A DNA stretch of 38,154 nt from an uncultured Opitutia bacterium (GTDB lineage: Bacteria; Verrucomicrobiota; Verrucomicrobiia; Opitutales; UBA953). The first letter of the stretch is position 1. Every line of letters begins with the position of its first letter. Under the pieces are notes generated by a model. The model was not told the DNA's origin. It did no database searches and was given only the letters and a program-made list of their open reading frames with translations. Location of the stretch: NCBI GenBank assembly GCA_903853185.1, contig CAINSX010000019.1:1-38154 (forward strand). Reading direction: 5' to 3'. Positions 18,581 through 27,310 of this stretch are shown one piece after another. The position numbers and the translations under genes are program-made.

Positions 18581-19483
18581 ATGGCGGGCTTCTTTGAGCG
18601 TCTGAAGTCCGGCTTGAGCCGCACGGCCGAGGCTGTCGCCAATCTATTGGCGAGGCCGATGGACGCCGAGTCGGCCGAGCAGCTGCGTGAGCGTCTGATC
18701 GCCGCCGATTTCGGACCCGCTACCGCCGACGAGGTCGTCGAAGCCGCGCGCTCGGCCTGGAAGTCCGAAGCCGCGCTGCGCAAGACCTCGCCAGCCGAAG
18801 CCGCGGCCGAAAGCATTGTGCGTGCGCTCGGCGGCGAGACCGTCGCCTCACCCGCCTTCTCCAAGCCGCATGTGATCATGCTCCTCGGCGTCAACGGCGC
18901 CGGCAAGACGACCACCGCCGCGAAGCTCGCCTGGCGCTGGCGCGAAGACGGTAAGACCTGCCTGCTCGGCGCGTGTGACACTTTCCGTGCCGCCGCGGGC
19001 GAACAACTTTCCGCCTGGGCTGACCGGCTGGGCGTCGAAGTCGTCGGCGGTGCCGCCGGTGCCGACCCTGCCGCCGTGGCCTTCGATGCGGCCAAGGCCG
19101 GCGTCGCGCGCGGCGTCGACGTCGTCATCCTCGACACCGCAGGCCGACTTCACACCAAGGCGCACCTACTCGAAGAATTACGCAAAGTGGTCCGCGTGAC
19201 GGCCAAGGCCCACGCTGGTGCACCGCACGAGAAGTGGCTCGTCATCGACGGTTCGCTCGGCGCGAACTCGATTGAACAGGCCCGCATCTTCCATGAGGCC
19301 GTTGGGCTCACTGGCCTGATCGTGACTAAACTTGATGGCACCGCCCGCGGCGGCGCACTCGTCGCGGTGGTCCGCGAACTCGGCGTCCCGGTCCGCTTCA
19401 TCGGTGTCGGCGAACAGCCGGCTGACCTCCAGCCCTTCGATGCGCGGGCCTACGCCCGCTCGATCGTCGGCCTGGCCGAGTGA
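18581..19483 (+). CDS. ftsY: Signal recognition particle receptor FtsY (short form, NG domain only)
   Basis: G1 LLGVNGAGKTTTAAKLA, G3 DTAGRLH and G4 TKLDGTARGG. A short amphipathic N-terminus MAGFFERLKSGL is followed directly by the N domain, with no acidic A domain. Confidence 0.92.
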   Translation: MAGFFERLKSGLSRTAEAVANLLARPMDAESAEQLRERLIAADFGPATADEVVEAARSAWKSEAALRKTSPAEAAAESIVRALGGETVASPAFSKPHVIMLLGVNGAGKTTTAAKLAWRWREDGKTCLLGACDTFRAAAGEQLSAWADRLGVEVVGGAAGADPAAVAFDAAKAGVARGVDVVILDTAGRLHTKAHLLEELRKVVRVTAKAHAGAPHEKWLVIDGSLGANSIEQARIFHEAVGLTGLIVTKLDGTARGGALVAVVRELGVPVRFIGVGEQPADLQPFDARAYARSIVGLAE

Positions 19484-19525
19484 GGTTGTCTTGCCAGCGA
19501 GGGCGCTCCACCCCAGCGTGAACCC

Positions 19526-20623
19526 ATGTCGGCCGAGACCGTCACCGTCCAATTAGGCCAGCGCTCCTACCCCGTCCGTATCGGGGCTGGGATGTGCCAG
19601 GAAGCCTTGGCTGTGGCGGAACGTCGCGTGGCCTCCGGCCAAAAGTGCGTCGCAATCACCTCGCCCGGCGTCGCAGCCGCCCAGTCCGGCTTCGCCGCGC
19701 AGCTCGCCCGCCTCATGCCGGTGCTCGCGACGGCTTCAGACGGCGAGACCGCCAAGTCGACCGCCGAGCTTGCGCGCGTCTGGGATTTCCTCGCTGCCAA
19801 CGGCGTCGCCCGCGACGGCGCGGTCTTCGCGCTCGGTGGGGGCGTCGTCGGCGACCTCGCCGGCTTCGCGGCCGCCTCCTACCAGCGCGGCGTTGATTTC
19901 TACCAGATCCCGACGACGTTGCTCGCGATGGTCGATAGCTCCGTCGGCGGCAAGACCGGCATCAACCTCTCCGCAGGCAAGAACCTTGTCGGCAACTTCC
20001 ATCAGCCCACGGCCGTCTTCGCCGACACCGACCTGCTGGCCACCCTACCTCCGCGCGAGTTCGCTGCGGGCATGGCCGAGGTCATCAAGCACGGCATCAT
20101 CGCCGACGCCGACCTCTTCGGCCTGCTCGAACAGAATTCGCCCTTGAGCTGGAATCATGCGTTGCTGCCGCGCGTCATCCGCCGCTGCGTCGAGATCAAG
20201 GCCGTCGTCGTGGCCGGCGACGAACGCGAGACCAGCGCCCAAGGCGGCCGCGCGCTCCTCAACCTCGGCCACACCTTTGGGCACGCGATCGAAGCGACCG
20301 CCGGCTACGGGACGTACCTGCACGGTGAAGCCGTCGCGATCGGGCTCGTGATGGCCGCCCGCCTTTCGACCGAGCTAAAGCATTGCACCGCCGCCCAGGC
20401 CGAACAGGTCGAGGCCGCGCTGAAAGCGCACGCCCTGCCGGTCGCACTGCGCGCCCCGCTCCCCCTCGAACCCATGCTCGCCGCGATGCGTCGCGACAAG
20501 AAAGTCCGTGGCGGCAAGCTGCGCTTCGTCCTGCAAGACGGCATAGGCGCGGCCAGCACCGCGGATACCGTCCCTGAGGAAGCCGCCGTGCGCGCCTTGC
20601 TCGCCGGCGGGGCCGTCCGCTGA
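19526..20623 (+). CDS. aroB: 3-dehydroquinate synthase
   Basis: GGGVVGDLAGFAAASYQRGVDFYQIPTTLLAMVDSSVGGKTGIN, AEVIKHG, LNLGHTFGHAIE and HGEAVAIG. Confidence 0.92.
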   Translation: MSAETVTVQLGQRSYPVRIGAGMCQEALAVAERRVASGQKCVAITSPGVAAAQSGFAAQLARLMPVLATASDGETAKSTAELARVWDFLAANGVARDGAVFALGGGVVGDLAGFAAASYQRGVDFYQIPTTLLAMVDSSVGGKTGINLSAGKNLVGNFHQPTAVFADTDLLATLPPREFAAGMAEVIKHGIIADADLFGLLEQNSPLSWNHALLPRVIRRCVEIKAVVVAGDERETSAQGGRALLNLGHTFGHAIEATAGYGTYLHGEAVAIGLVMAARLSTELKHCTAAQAEQVEAALKAHALPVALRAPLPLEPMLAAMRRDKKVRGGKLRFVLQDGIGAASTADTVPEEAAVRALLAGGAVR

Positions 20624-20668
20624 TTTCCGTCCGCTTGACCCTCCCGGTTGGTGGGCTTTGGATACGGC

Positions 20669-21571
20669 ATGCCTCGCCTCCTCTGCGTCTGCCTATTGGC
20701 AGCCTCCGTCGTCCTGCGCGCCGCCGAGACAAACGAGCCCGGCAAGACCACCTTCGGCCGTAATAAGTATGTGGAGTACATCCCCGGCAGCCTGCCGTTC
20801 GTGCTCTCCGCGCCGCATGGCGGCCGCGATAAGCCCGACGAACTTCCTGATCGTGAGAAAGGCACGTTCGCCTTCGACACCAATACCCAGGAGCTCGCCA
20901 GGGCCATTGACGACGAGTTCGTCGCGCGTACCGGCCAGCACCCGCACGTGGTCATCTGCCGCGTCACGCGTCGCAAGATCGACTGCAACCGCGAGATCGT
21001 CGAAGGTGCCGCCGGGAATCCGCTGACCGAACAATCCTGGAAAGATTTCCAAGGCTTCATCCAGACCGCGCAGAAGGCCGTCGTCGCGCAACACGGCAAG
21101 GGCTTCTACATCGACCTACATGGCCACGGACATACCGATGCGCGCCTTGAACTAGGCTATGGGCACAACCGAGAGGAGTTCGGCCTGTCGGACCCCGAGC
21201 TCGCCAAGCCGGAGTTCATCAAGAAGGGCACCCTGCAGTTCTTCGCGCTGAATAACCCTTCCGCTTACCCGGCGCTCCTCCACGGTCCGCAGAGTTTCGG
21301 AGCCCTGATGGAGAAGGCCGGCTTCCCTTCCACGCCGAGCCTCGGCAAGCCCATCCCGGGCGAACCCTATTTCAACGGCGGCTACAACGTCCGCACCCAC
21401 ACCGCGCCCGGCACCGGTTTCGCGGGGCTGCAGATCGAGAGTAACTCCAAGGGCGTGCGCGACACCGACGCCAGTCGGCGTAAGTTCGCGGCGGCATTGG
21501 TCGACCAGCTCGCAATCTACCTCGACGCCCAGATGGGCATCAAGCTACCGCTGAAGCCTAAGGCCAAGTAG
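20669..21571 (+). CDS. Secreted N-formylglutamate-amidohydrolase-like (FGase superfamily) protein
   Basis: It has a signal peptide MPRLLCVCLLAASVVLRAA, then LPFVLSAPHGG, RRKIDCNRE and FYIDLHGHGH, which resemble the FGase-family metal and active-site pattern. I chose the ATG at 20669, since the track start at 20648 is a TTG. Confidence 0.45.
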   Translation: MPRLLCVCLLAASVVLRAAETNEPGKTTFGRNKYVEYIPGSLPFVLSAPHGGRDKPDELPDREKGTFAFDTNTQELARAIDDEFVARTGQHPHVVICRVTRRKIDCNREIVEGAAGNPLTEQSWKDFQGFIQTAQKAVVAQHGKGFYIDLHGHGHTDARLELGYGHNREEFGLSDPELAKPEFIKKGTLQFFALNNPSAYPALLHGPQSFGALMEKAGFPSTPSLGKPIPGEPYFNGGYNVRTHTAPGTGFAGLQIESNSKGVRDTDASRRKFAAALVDQLAIYLDAQMGIKLPLKPKAK

Positions 21572-21574
21572 GCC

Positions 21575-21805
21575 TTACTGCTGAGGACCCACGGCCGGCT
21601 TGGCCGCGCGCCAGTCACCCTTAAGCATGCGCTGGTCGTTCTTCTCGTTGGCCGCCCGGACGCGATCCTCGAGGGAACCCTGGCCCGCAGACTGCCCCGA
21701 GAGGGCGGCCGCGGCGGGCGTCTTCTCCGAGACGAAGGAACGGTCGCCCAGCGGACTGGAACAGCCGGCAAGCAGGAGGAGGGAGAACAAGGACAGGGTC
21801 TTCAT
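21575..21805 (-). CDS. Small lipoprotein (76 aa)
   Basis: The ATG at 21805 gives MKTLSLFSLLLLAGCSSP, with a lipobox L-A-G-C, 8 nt downstream of the phosphohexomutase stop. The 151-aa track ORF (start 22030) is an upstream extension that overlaps the mutase gene. Confidence 0.5.
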   Translation of the reverse strand: MKTLSLFSLLLLAGCSSPLGDRSFVSEKTPAAAALSGQSAGQGSLEDRVRAANEKNDQRMLKGDWRAAKPAVGPQQ

Positions 21806-21812
21806 GATAAGG

Positions 21813-23741
21813 TTATTTGGCGCGACGCTTGGCGTCGGCCTCGAGCCAGGCGCGGAGCGCGAGGGCGGACTTGCGAGCGCGCTCACGGGCGGAGGGGAGG
21901 TCATCGGCATCGGCGACCTCGGCCTTCGTGAACGAATAGAATTTCGCCTTGGGCTCCGTGCCGGAGGCGCGGACCGCGATGCGGCGGCCGTCGGCCAACT
22001 CGGCGAGGATGAATTCCTCGGGCGGCACACGGTCGCCTTCGGCGTCGATCACCTTGTCGCGCTCGTAGTCGGTGACACGGACGACCTTGGAGCCGTCGAT
22101 CACGGACGGCGGGGTCGCGCGCCAAGAGGCGACGATACGGCGGATGCACGCGGCGCCTTCCGCGCCTTCGAACGAAAGATTCAACAGATCCTCGTGGTGG
22201 GCGCCGTAGCTGAGGTGGAGCACGTCGAGCGCGTCGAGGAGCGTGCGGCCGCGGGAACGGAGGAGCGCCGCGAACTCGCAAAGCATCACCACCGTCGCAT
22301 TGGCGTCCTTGTCGCGGACGGCGTCATCGGCGAGGTAGCCGTAGCTTTCTTCGGCCCCAAGCAGGAAGAGCGTGGAGTGACGCAACGCGAGCGGGGCACG
22401 ACGGAGCAGCGGGAGCACGGCGGCTTCGGCGCCGGCGGCGTCGGCCAAGCGGCGGCTCCATTTCTCGAGTTTGCGGGCGATCCACTTGAAGCCGACGAGC
22501 GTCTCGACGCAGCGGACGCCATGGCGGGCGCAGATTGCGGCGACGAGAGGGGTCGTGACCAGAGACTTCACCACCGCCGCATTCGGCGAGCCGGCCTCAG
22601 GCAGGATACCGGCGTCCTTCAAGGAGGAGAGGCGGAATTCGGTCAACAACGCAGCCACTTCGTTACCATTAAGCAGGCGATGTCCGCCGGCGGGCAGCGG
22701 ACAGGCCACGCCGACGCGGTCGGAATCGGGGTCCGTGGCGAGAATGAGGTCGGCGCCGATCTCGTCGGCGAGCTTCAGGGCGAGGGCAAACGTGCTGGCG
22801 TTTTCCGGGTTCGGGGAAGCCACGGTCGGAAAACGGCCGTCGTGCTCACGTTGTTCTTCGACCACATGCGGGTCGATGCCCACGCGGCGCAGCGCCGGCA
22901 CCACCATGACGTCACCGGTACCGTGGACGTTCGTGTAGACGACCTTGGGGGTGTGACGCGAGATCACCTCGGGATCAAGGACGACGCCAGCTACGCGAGC
23001 AAGGTAGGCGTCTTCAGCGGAAGCCGGGACGGTGAGCACGCGACTGATATCCGTCTCAAGATAAGGAGCGACATCGGCGGGGCCGAGTTTGCCGACTTCG
23101 GCGACGATCGCGGCGTCGTGGGGAGGAAGCACCTGGCCACCGTCGCCGAGGCAGCACTTGAAGCCGTTATCGTGGGAAGGATTGTGGCTCGCGGTAATGA
23201 CCACGCCGGCATGGGCGCCAAGATGACGAACCGTGAAGCTCAGCTGCGGGGTCGAGCGGGCACCGACGAAGAGATAGGCTTCACCGCCGAGTTCGCTCCA
23301 AGCGCCGGCGATAAGTTCGGCGAAGTGCCGGGAGAAATGACGCACGTCATGGGCGACGACAAGGCGCGCGCCGGGCTGGGTTGCGGAGACATGCTTCCAG
23401 AGGCCGATGACCGCCCGGAGGACGTTGATGTCGTTAAGGCAGGCGGAGCCGATGGCGGCGCGAATCGGCAGGCCTTGGGCGTCGAGTTCGTTGGCGGCCG
23501 AGACCCGGCCAACGGTGCGACCGCGCATACCACCCGTACCGAAGGCGATGCCCTTGTAGAAACGGTCCTCGAGCTCCGCCCAAGCTCCGCGGTCGCAGAG
23601 GTCCTTAAGGGCTTCGATCGCCGCAGCCGGCAAGGCCCCGGAGCGAAGCCAATCCCCGGCGTTGGCCAGGCTGGAGGCGGAAATCTGGCCCTTGCCCTGG
23701 GCAGCTTGAAGGAGCGAAAGGACGGCGGCGGAAGCGCTCAT
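21813..23741 (-). CDS. Phosphoglucomutase/phosphomannomutase (alpha-D-phosphohexomutase superfamily, long PGM2-like form)
   Basis: Phosphoserine loop ITASHNPSHDNGFK, metal loop ATDPDSDRVGV, sugar loop GAEESYGY and phosphate-binding RASGTEPK. I chose the ATG at 23741 (23753 is an alternative). The track start at 24119 overlaps the divergent gene at 23841. Confidence 0.88.
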   Translation of the reverse strand: MSASAAVLSLLQAAQGKGQISASSLANAGDWLRSGALPAAAIEALKDLCDRGAWAELEDRFYKGIAFGTGGMRGRTVGRVSAANELDAQGLPIRAAIGSACLNDINVLRAVIGLWKHVSATQPGARLVVAHDVRHFSRHFAELIAGAWSELGGEAYLFVGARSTPQLSFTVRHLGAHAGVVITASHNPSHDNGFKCCLGDGGQVLPPHDAAIVAEVGKLGPADVAPYLETDISRVLTVPASAEDAYLARVAGVVLDPEVISRHTPKVVYTNVHGTGDVMVVPALRRVGIDPHVVEEQREHDGRFPTVASPNPENASTFALALKLADEIGADLILATDPDSDRVGVACPLPAGGHRLLNGNEVAALLTEFRLSSLKDAGILPEAGSPNAAVVKSLVTTPLVAAICARHGVRCVETLVGFKWIARKLEKWSRRLADAAGAEAAVLPLLRRAPLALRHSTLFLLGAEESYGYLADDAVRDKDANATVVMLCEFAALLRSRGRTLLDALDVLHLSYGAHHEDLLNLSFEGAEGAACIRRIVASWRATPPSVIDGSKVVRVTDYERDKVIDAEGDRVPPEEFILAELADGRRIAVRASGTEPKAKFYSFTKAEVADADDLPSARERARKSALALRAWLEADAKRRAK

Positions 23742-23840
23742 GAGTCCACCCATACTTACCCTCCCGGGGGCGGGGACAAGCCCGTAGGCGGGGGAGGCGG
23801 GGGTTGACACAAACGGTCCTTTGCCAAGGGTTGACCCCCC

Positions 23841-24563
23841 ATGCCTGAAGATAGTTCCAACAAGCAGCCCCCGGCTGGCGACGACCGTAACCTCGTCGTC
23901 GTCGACGAGGATTTCGTGAATGCGGACACTGAGGACCGCCTCTGGCTCTTCTGGGAGCGCAACAAGGGCGTCATCGTCAAGGGAACCTTCGGCGTCGTCG
24001 TCGGGATCCTCGCCTTCCTCGCCTACTTCTTCTACGCTGAAAGCCGCCGCGAAGCCCTCGGCGAAGAATTCACTGCCTGCCAGGATGAAGCCGCCCGTCG
24101 CGCCTTCGCCGCACGCCATCCGGGCGAGCCCCTCGCCGCCGTTGCGATCACCGACGTCGCCGACGACCTCAAGAAGGCCGGCAAATTCGCCGACGCCGCC
24201 AAGGCCTACGACGAAGCCAATCGCCTGACCGCTCTCGCTGGCAAGGCCCCGGCTATCTCCGCCCTCGGTGCCCGCGCCCGTCTCTACGCTGCCCTCTGCC
24301 GCCTCGAAGCCGGTGAAGCCGGTGCCGATAAGGCGATCGCGGTTGTTGCCGACGACGTGAACGCGCCGGAAACCCTCCGCGGTTTCGCCATGCTGACCCT
24401 AGCCAATCTCGCCGTCGCCAAGGGCGACACCGCTGAAGCCACCAAGTGGCTTAACGCGATGGACAAGAAACTCCGCGCGGGGCACGTCTGGAAGTCCGAC
24501 AAGGAAGCCCTCGTGCAGTCTGAGCCCTCGCTCATCGCACCGGCTGCTCCCGCCACCAAGTAA
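23841..24563 (+). CDS. Membrane-anchored TPR-like protein, YfgM-like architecture
   Basis: It has a charged N-terminus, one TM helix GTFGVVVGILAFLAYFFYA, and an Ala-rich helical repeat region (KKAGKFADAAKAYDEA..., LANLAVAKGDTAEATKWL). The architecture resembles YfgM/TPR_21 proteins. Confidence 0.45.
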   Translation: MPEDSSNKQPPAGDDRNLVVVDEDFVNADTEDRLWLFWERNKGVIVKGTFGVVVGILAFLAYFFYAESRREALGEEFTACQDEAARRAFAARHPGEPLAAVAITDVADDLKKAGKFADAAKAYDEANRLTALAGKAPAISALGARARLYAALCRLEAGEAGADKAIAVVADDVNAPETLRGFAMLTLANLAVAKGDTAEATKWLNAMDKKLRAGHVWKSDKEALVQSEPSLIAPAAPATK

Positions 24564-24583
24564 GCCGCGCGAGCTAGGCAAAG

Positions 24584-24612
24584 AAAAGCCCCGGCCTAGG
24601 CCGGGGCTTTTT
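24584..24612. terminator. Bidirectional intrinsic terminator between convergent genes
   Basis: AAAAGCCCCGGCCTAGGCCGGGGCTTTTT is a perfect palindrome (GC-rich 10-nt arms at 24588-24607) flanked by an A-run on one side and a T-run on the other. It lies between stop codons at 24561-24563 (+) and 24631-24633 (-). Confidence 0.7.
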
Positions 24613-24630
24613 CGTGCCCAGAGGCGCGGC

Positions 24631-27147
24631 TTACTTCTCCAACGGCTGCGTGAAGATCGCGCGGTGGATGGGGGTCGGGTACGGTTCGCCCGGGCGGGCT
24701 GCGGCCCAAAGGATGCGGTTGAGCTCATCCTCCGGTGCGCGGTCGTATTCGGCAAAGTTCATCTTCTCGGACCGCTCCCAGAAGGCGCTCTTCTTGGTGT
24801 TCTTCGCCTGCAGGTCGACCTTCGGCATCAGCGGGGAATAGGGCGTCATCACGGCCTCCTTGCTGAAGAGACTGAACATCGGGGTCGCGCCAGCGTCATA
24901 CTGCGTGAGCGGAGGCAGACCGAGGATCAACTCGATCGTACGGATCATGCTCGCCTGAGTGTAGAGCGTACTGTCGACGACGCCGCGCTTGCACCAAGGA
25001 CTGATGACATAACCGACCGTGCGATGGGCGTCGACGTGGTCAGGTCCGTTCTGGGTGTCGTCTTCGATGATGAAGATCGCCATCTCCTTCCAATATTTAC
25101 TGCGGCTAGCCGCTTCGATGATGCGGCCGAGGCCGAGGTCGTTGCTGCCCACGCAGGCTTCGGGCGTGAAGGAACCCGGCGTCGTGCCACCGGTATGGTC
25201 TTCGCCGAGCGACATAATGGTGAAGCGCGGCAGGTCACCGGTCTTCTCGGCCGCATGGAGATCGTCGATCCAGCCCTGCACGAGATCCATATCGCGGGCG
25301 CCTTTGAGGATACCCTTCCAGCGGCCGCGATTCTCTGACGGCACACGCTGGGCGCCTTCGCCGTAATTACGGTAACTCAGACCATGGCGCTTGCAGAGAT
25401 CCCAGAGGTAGCCGTTGGCCGGCGTCTCCATCTCATCATTGCCGAAGAGCTTGCCGTGGGCGGAGTAGGACATGATCCAGGAACGCTGGTTGAAGTCGGT
25501 GGCCATCGCCGCGTCGGTCCAGCTGTGGCCGTCGACACTGACCTCGCTATTGCAGTAAAGGTTGTCGAGGAGCGCGTATTCGCGGGCGAGCTGGTGATGG
25601 TTCGGGGTGACCTTCTCGCCGTACATCGTGAGCTTCGGATCCCCGTTGCCGATAGGCTTGCCGGAAGCATCCTTCATGTCTCCGAGGACCTGGTCGTAGG
25701 TCCGGTTCTCCTTGATGATGTAGAGCACGTGCTTGATCGGGCAGGGATCGCCGATCTTGGACGGGATGACCGAATCACTAGGCAGCGTGGCCGCGCGGAG
25801 TTGCGACGGATTGTAAGGGGAGTTGAGACGGACTTGCTTCGTGTAGGCCACCATCTGCTTCGCGTCGGGCTTGGCGACGAACGAGATCGAGCCTTCGAAG
25901 GTCTTGCCGGGGTGATCAAAGGTCAGGCCGTTGTGCAGCTTATTCGGCTTCGGGCTGAGGGCCGGGAAGCTCGCGCGCGACGTGAGCCCCTTGCCGTTGG
26001 CGACGAGGAGGAATTTATTGTCGGGCGTGACGGCGACCGCCGTCGGGTACCAGCCGGTTGGGATGAAGCCATTGACCAAGGCGATCTTCTCGCCGCGATC
26101 CTGGGCGTCTTCCATGAGGTCGCCGGAGATGTCGGCGACCAGCACCGAGTTATTATCGGCGTTGGCGACGAAGAGCGTCTTGCCGTCGGGCGAGATCGCG
26201 AGGCCGCAGGGTGTGCTGCCTTCGGGAGACTGCGGGTAGAGCGAAGTCGCGATGACCTCGCGAGCCCCTTCCCAGAGGCGGCGGGTCGGGCCAGCGGCTT
26301 CACCGGCCTTCTCCAGCTTACCGGTCTGGATGACGTGGACGGAGTTGTCGCCAGAGCAGGCGACGAAGAGGCGGCCGTCCGGAGCGAGCGCCAGGTCATT
26401 GGGCCGGATGCCGACCGTGATATCACGGAGGCGCTGGTGCTTGGCGAGGTCGACGATGCTGACGCTGCGGCTGCCCCAGTTCGTGACATAAAGGTGCTTA
26501 CCGTCGCCGCCGATGGCGACCGAGTGCGGGTGCTGTCCGACCGCGACGGATTTTTCCAGGAGAAGGGTGTCTGGCGCGAGCTTCCAGAGCTCATGTCCAC
26601 CTTCGTTGCACACGTAGACGACGCCCGTCGTCGGATGCACGGCGATACCGGCGAGGAAGACCGCGCGGCCATCTGGGTTAGGCTTTACCTCACGCGCATA
26701 GGTCGCCTTGCCGTCCTTATAATCAAAGACGTGGATCACGCCCGTGTCGCCGCCGCTGACGTAAAAGCGACACCCGTCCGGACTGAACGCTAGGCCGTTG
26801 AAGGATTCCTTCAGCGAGAGGAACTGCGAGGTGCGTGGCTCGTCGAGCGTGACCACCGTCACGCCCTGCTGGTTATATCCGGCGCTCACCGCCAGCACCG
26901 CCTTCTTATCCGGTGCAATCACCATACGTAAGGCCATGTCACCACTGGGCACATGCGTGCCGGCGGGCGTGACGCCCCAGCCGTTGAAGAGCAACGCGGC
27001 GCTCGGGGCGAGCCCAGGTCGCGTGCGCACCGCCGCGGCGTCCACGTCTTCGCCTGGTTGGCGGGCGGACTTACCCGGCTGCGGGTCCGCCAGAAGGACG
27101 GAAGCGAAAGCCAAGAGGGACAGAGGGACGACGATACGAAGGCTCAT
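24631..27147 (-). CDS. Secreted bifunctional YncE-like beta-propeller / phosphoesterase-family (PLC/AcpA-like) protein
   Basis: It has a signal peptide MSLRIVVPLSLLAFASVLLA. The N-terminal half has repeated blade motifs (RFYVSGGDTG, VVYVCNEGGH, HLYVTNWGSRSV, RLFVACSGDNSV, TLFVANADNNSV, FLLVANGKG). The C-terminal half starts with the phosphoesterase-family hallmark IKHVLYIIKENRTYDQVLGD. Confidence 0.8.
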   Translation of the reverse strand: MSLRIVVPLSLLAFASVLLADPQPGKSARQPGEDVDAAAVRTRPGLAPSAALLFNGWGVTPAGTHVPSGDMALRMVIAPDKKAVLAVSAGYNQQGVTVVTLDEPRTSQFLSLKESFNGLAFSPDGCRFYVSGGDTGVIHVFDYKDGKATYAREVKPNPDGRAVFLAGIAVHPTTGVVYVCNEGGHELWKLAPDTLLLEKSVAVGQHPHSVAIGGDGKHLYVTNWGSRSVSIVDLAKHQRLRDITVGIRPNDLALAPDGRLFVACSGDNSVHVIQTGKLEKAGEAAGPTRRLWEGAREVIATSLYPQSPEGSTPCGLAISPDGKTLFVANADNNSVLVADISGDLMEDAQDRGEKIALVNGFIPTGWYPTAVAVTPDNKFLLVANGKGLTSRASFPALSPKPNKLHNGLTFDHPGKTFEGSISFVAKPDAKQMVAYTKQVRLNSPYNPSQLRAATLPSDSVIPSKIGDPCPIKHVLYIIKENRTYDQVLGDMKDASGKPIGNGDPKLTMYGEKVTPNHHQLAREYALLDNLYCNSEVSVDGHSWTDAAMATDFNQRSWIMSYSAHGKLFGNDEMETPANGYLWDLCKRHGLSYRNYGEGAQRVPSENRGRWKGILKGARDMDLVQGWIDDLHAAEKTGDLPRFTIMSLGEDHTGGTTPGSFTPEACVGSNDLGLGRIIEAASRSKYWKEMAIFIIEDDTQNGPDHVDAHRTVGYVISPWCKRGVVDSTLYTQASMIRTIELILGLPPLTQYDAGATPMFSLFSKEAVMTPYSPLMPKVDLQAKNTKKSAFWERSEKMNFAEYDRAPEDELNRILWAAARPGEPYPTPIHRAIFTQPLEK

Positions 27148-27310
27148 TTCGGGTGTATCATCATTACCGCCCGATGAACGACAAATCGCAAGAGGTACCT
27201 CGCCCGCGGACCTCTATTCTCCTTGCCAAAAAAGGCTGTTCGGCGTGTCTTCCACTGACCCGTTCGCATGGTGCTGACGAGTCGTAACCCATCCTCCCGG
27301 AGTCCGACAC

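Noticed and set aside
17260-19137. 625-aa minus-strand ORF spanning the ribH, nusB and ftsY loci
   Set aside because: It is antisense to three genes with unmistakable family motifs. Its product is Ala/Arg/Ser/Pro low-complexity with no motifs. It is a typical stop-codon-poor shadow frame of high-GC coding DNA.
21600-23807. 735-aa plus-strand ORF
   Set aside because: It is antisense to the phosphohexomutase gene, which carries the ITASHNPSHDNGFK and DPDSDR loops. It has no recognisable motifs. It is a shadow ORF.
23742-24119. 126-codon N-terminal extension of the phosphohexomutase ORF (track start 24119)
   Set aside because: It overlaps the divergent YfgM-like gene and is acidic low-complexity (EEVGEEGEDPDDDAEG). 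Homologous mutases start near MSASAAVLSLL, so the ATG at 23741 or 23753 is preferred.
25384-26793. 469-aa plus-strand ORF, plus the 249-aa minus-strand ORF at 25923..26672 in another frame
   Set aside because: Both overlap the propeller/phosphoesterase gene, which has a signal peptide, blade repeats and a family hallmark motif. The alternatives are Arg/Ala/Asp or Ser/Arg/Pro low-complexity.
27148-27310. 163-nt divergent intergenic region, searched for promoters, small ORFs, riboswitches and tRNA-like structure
   Set aside because: I found only a weak 6-bp hairpin (AGAGGT...ACCTCT) and a TTGCCA hexamer with no convincing -10 partner. Nothing here can be supported from sequence alone.
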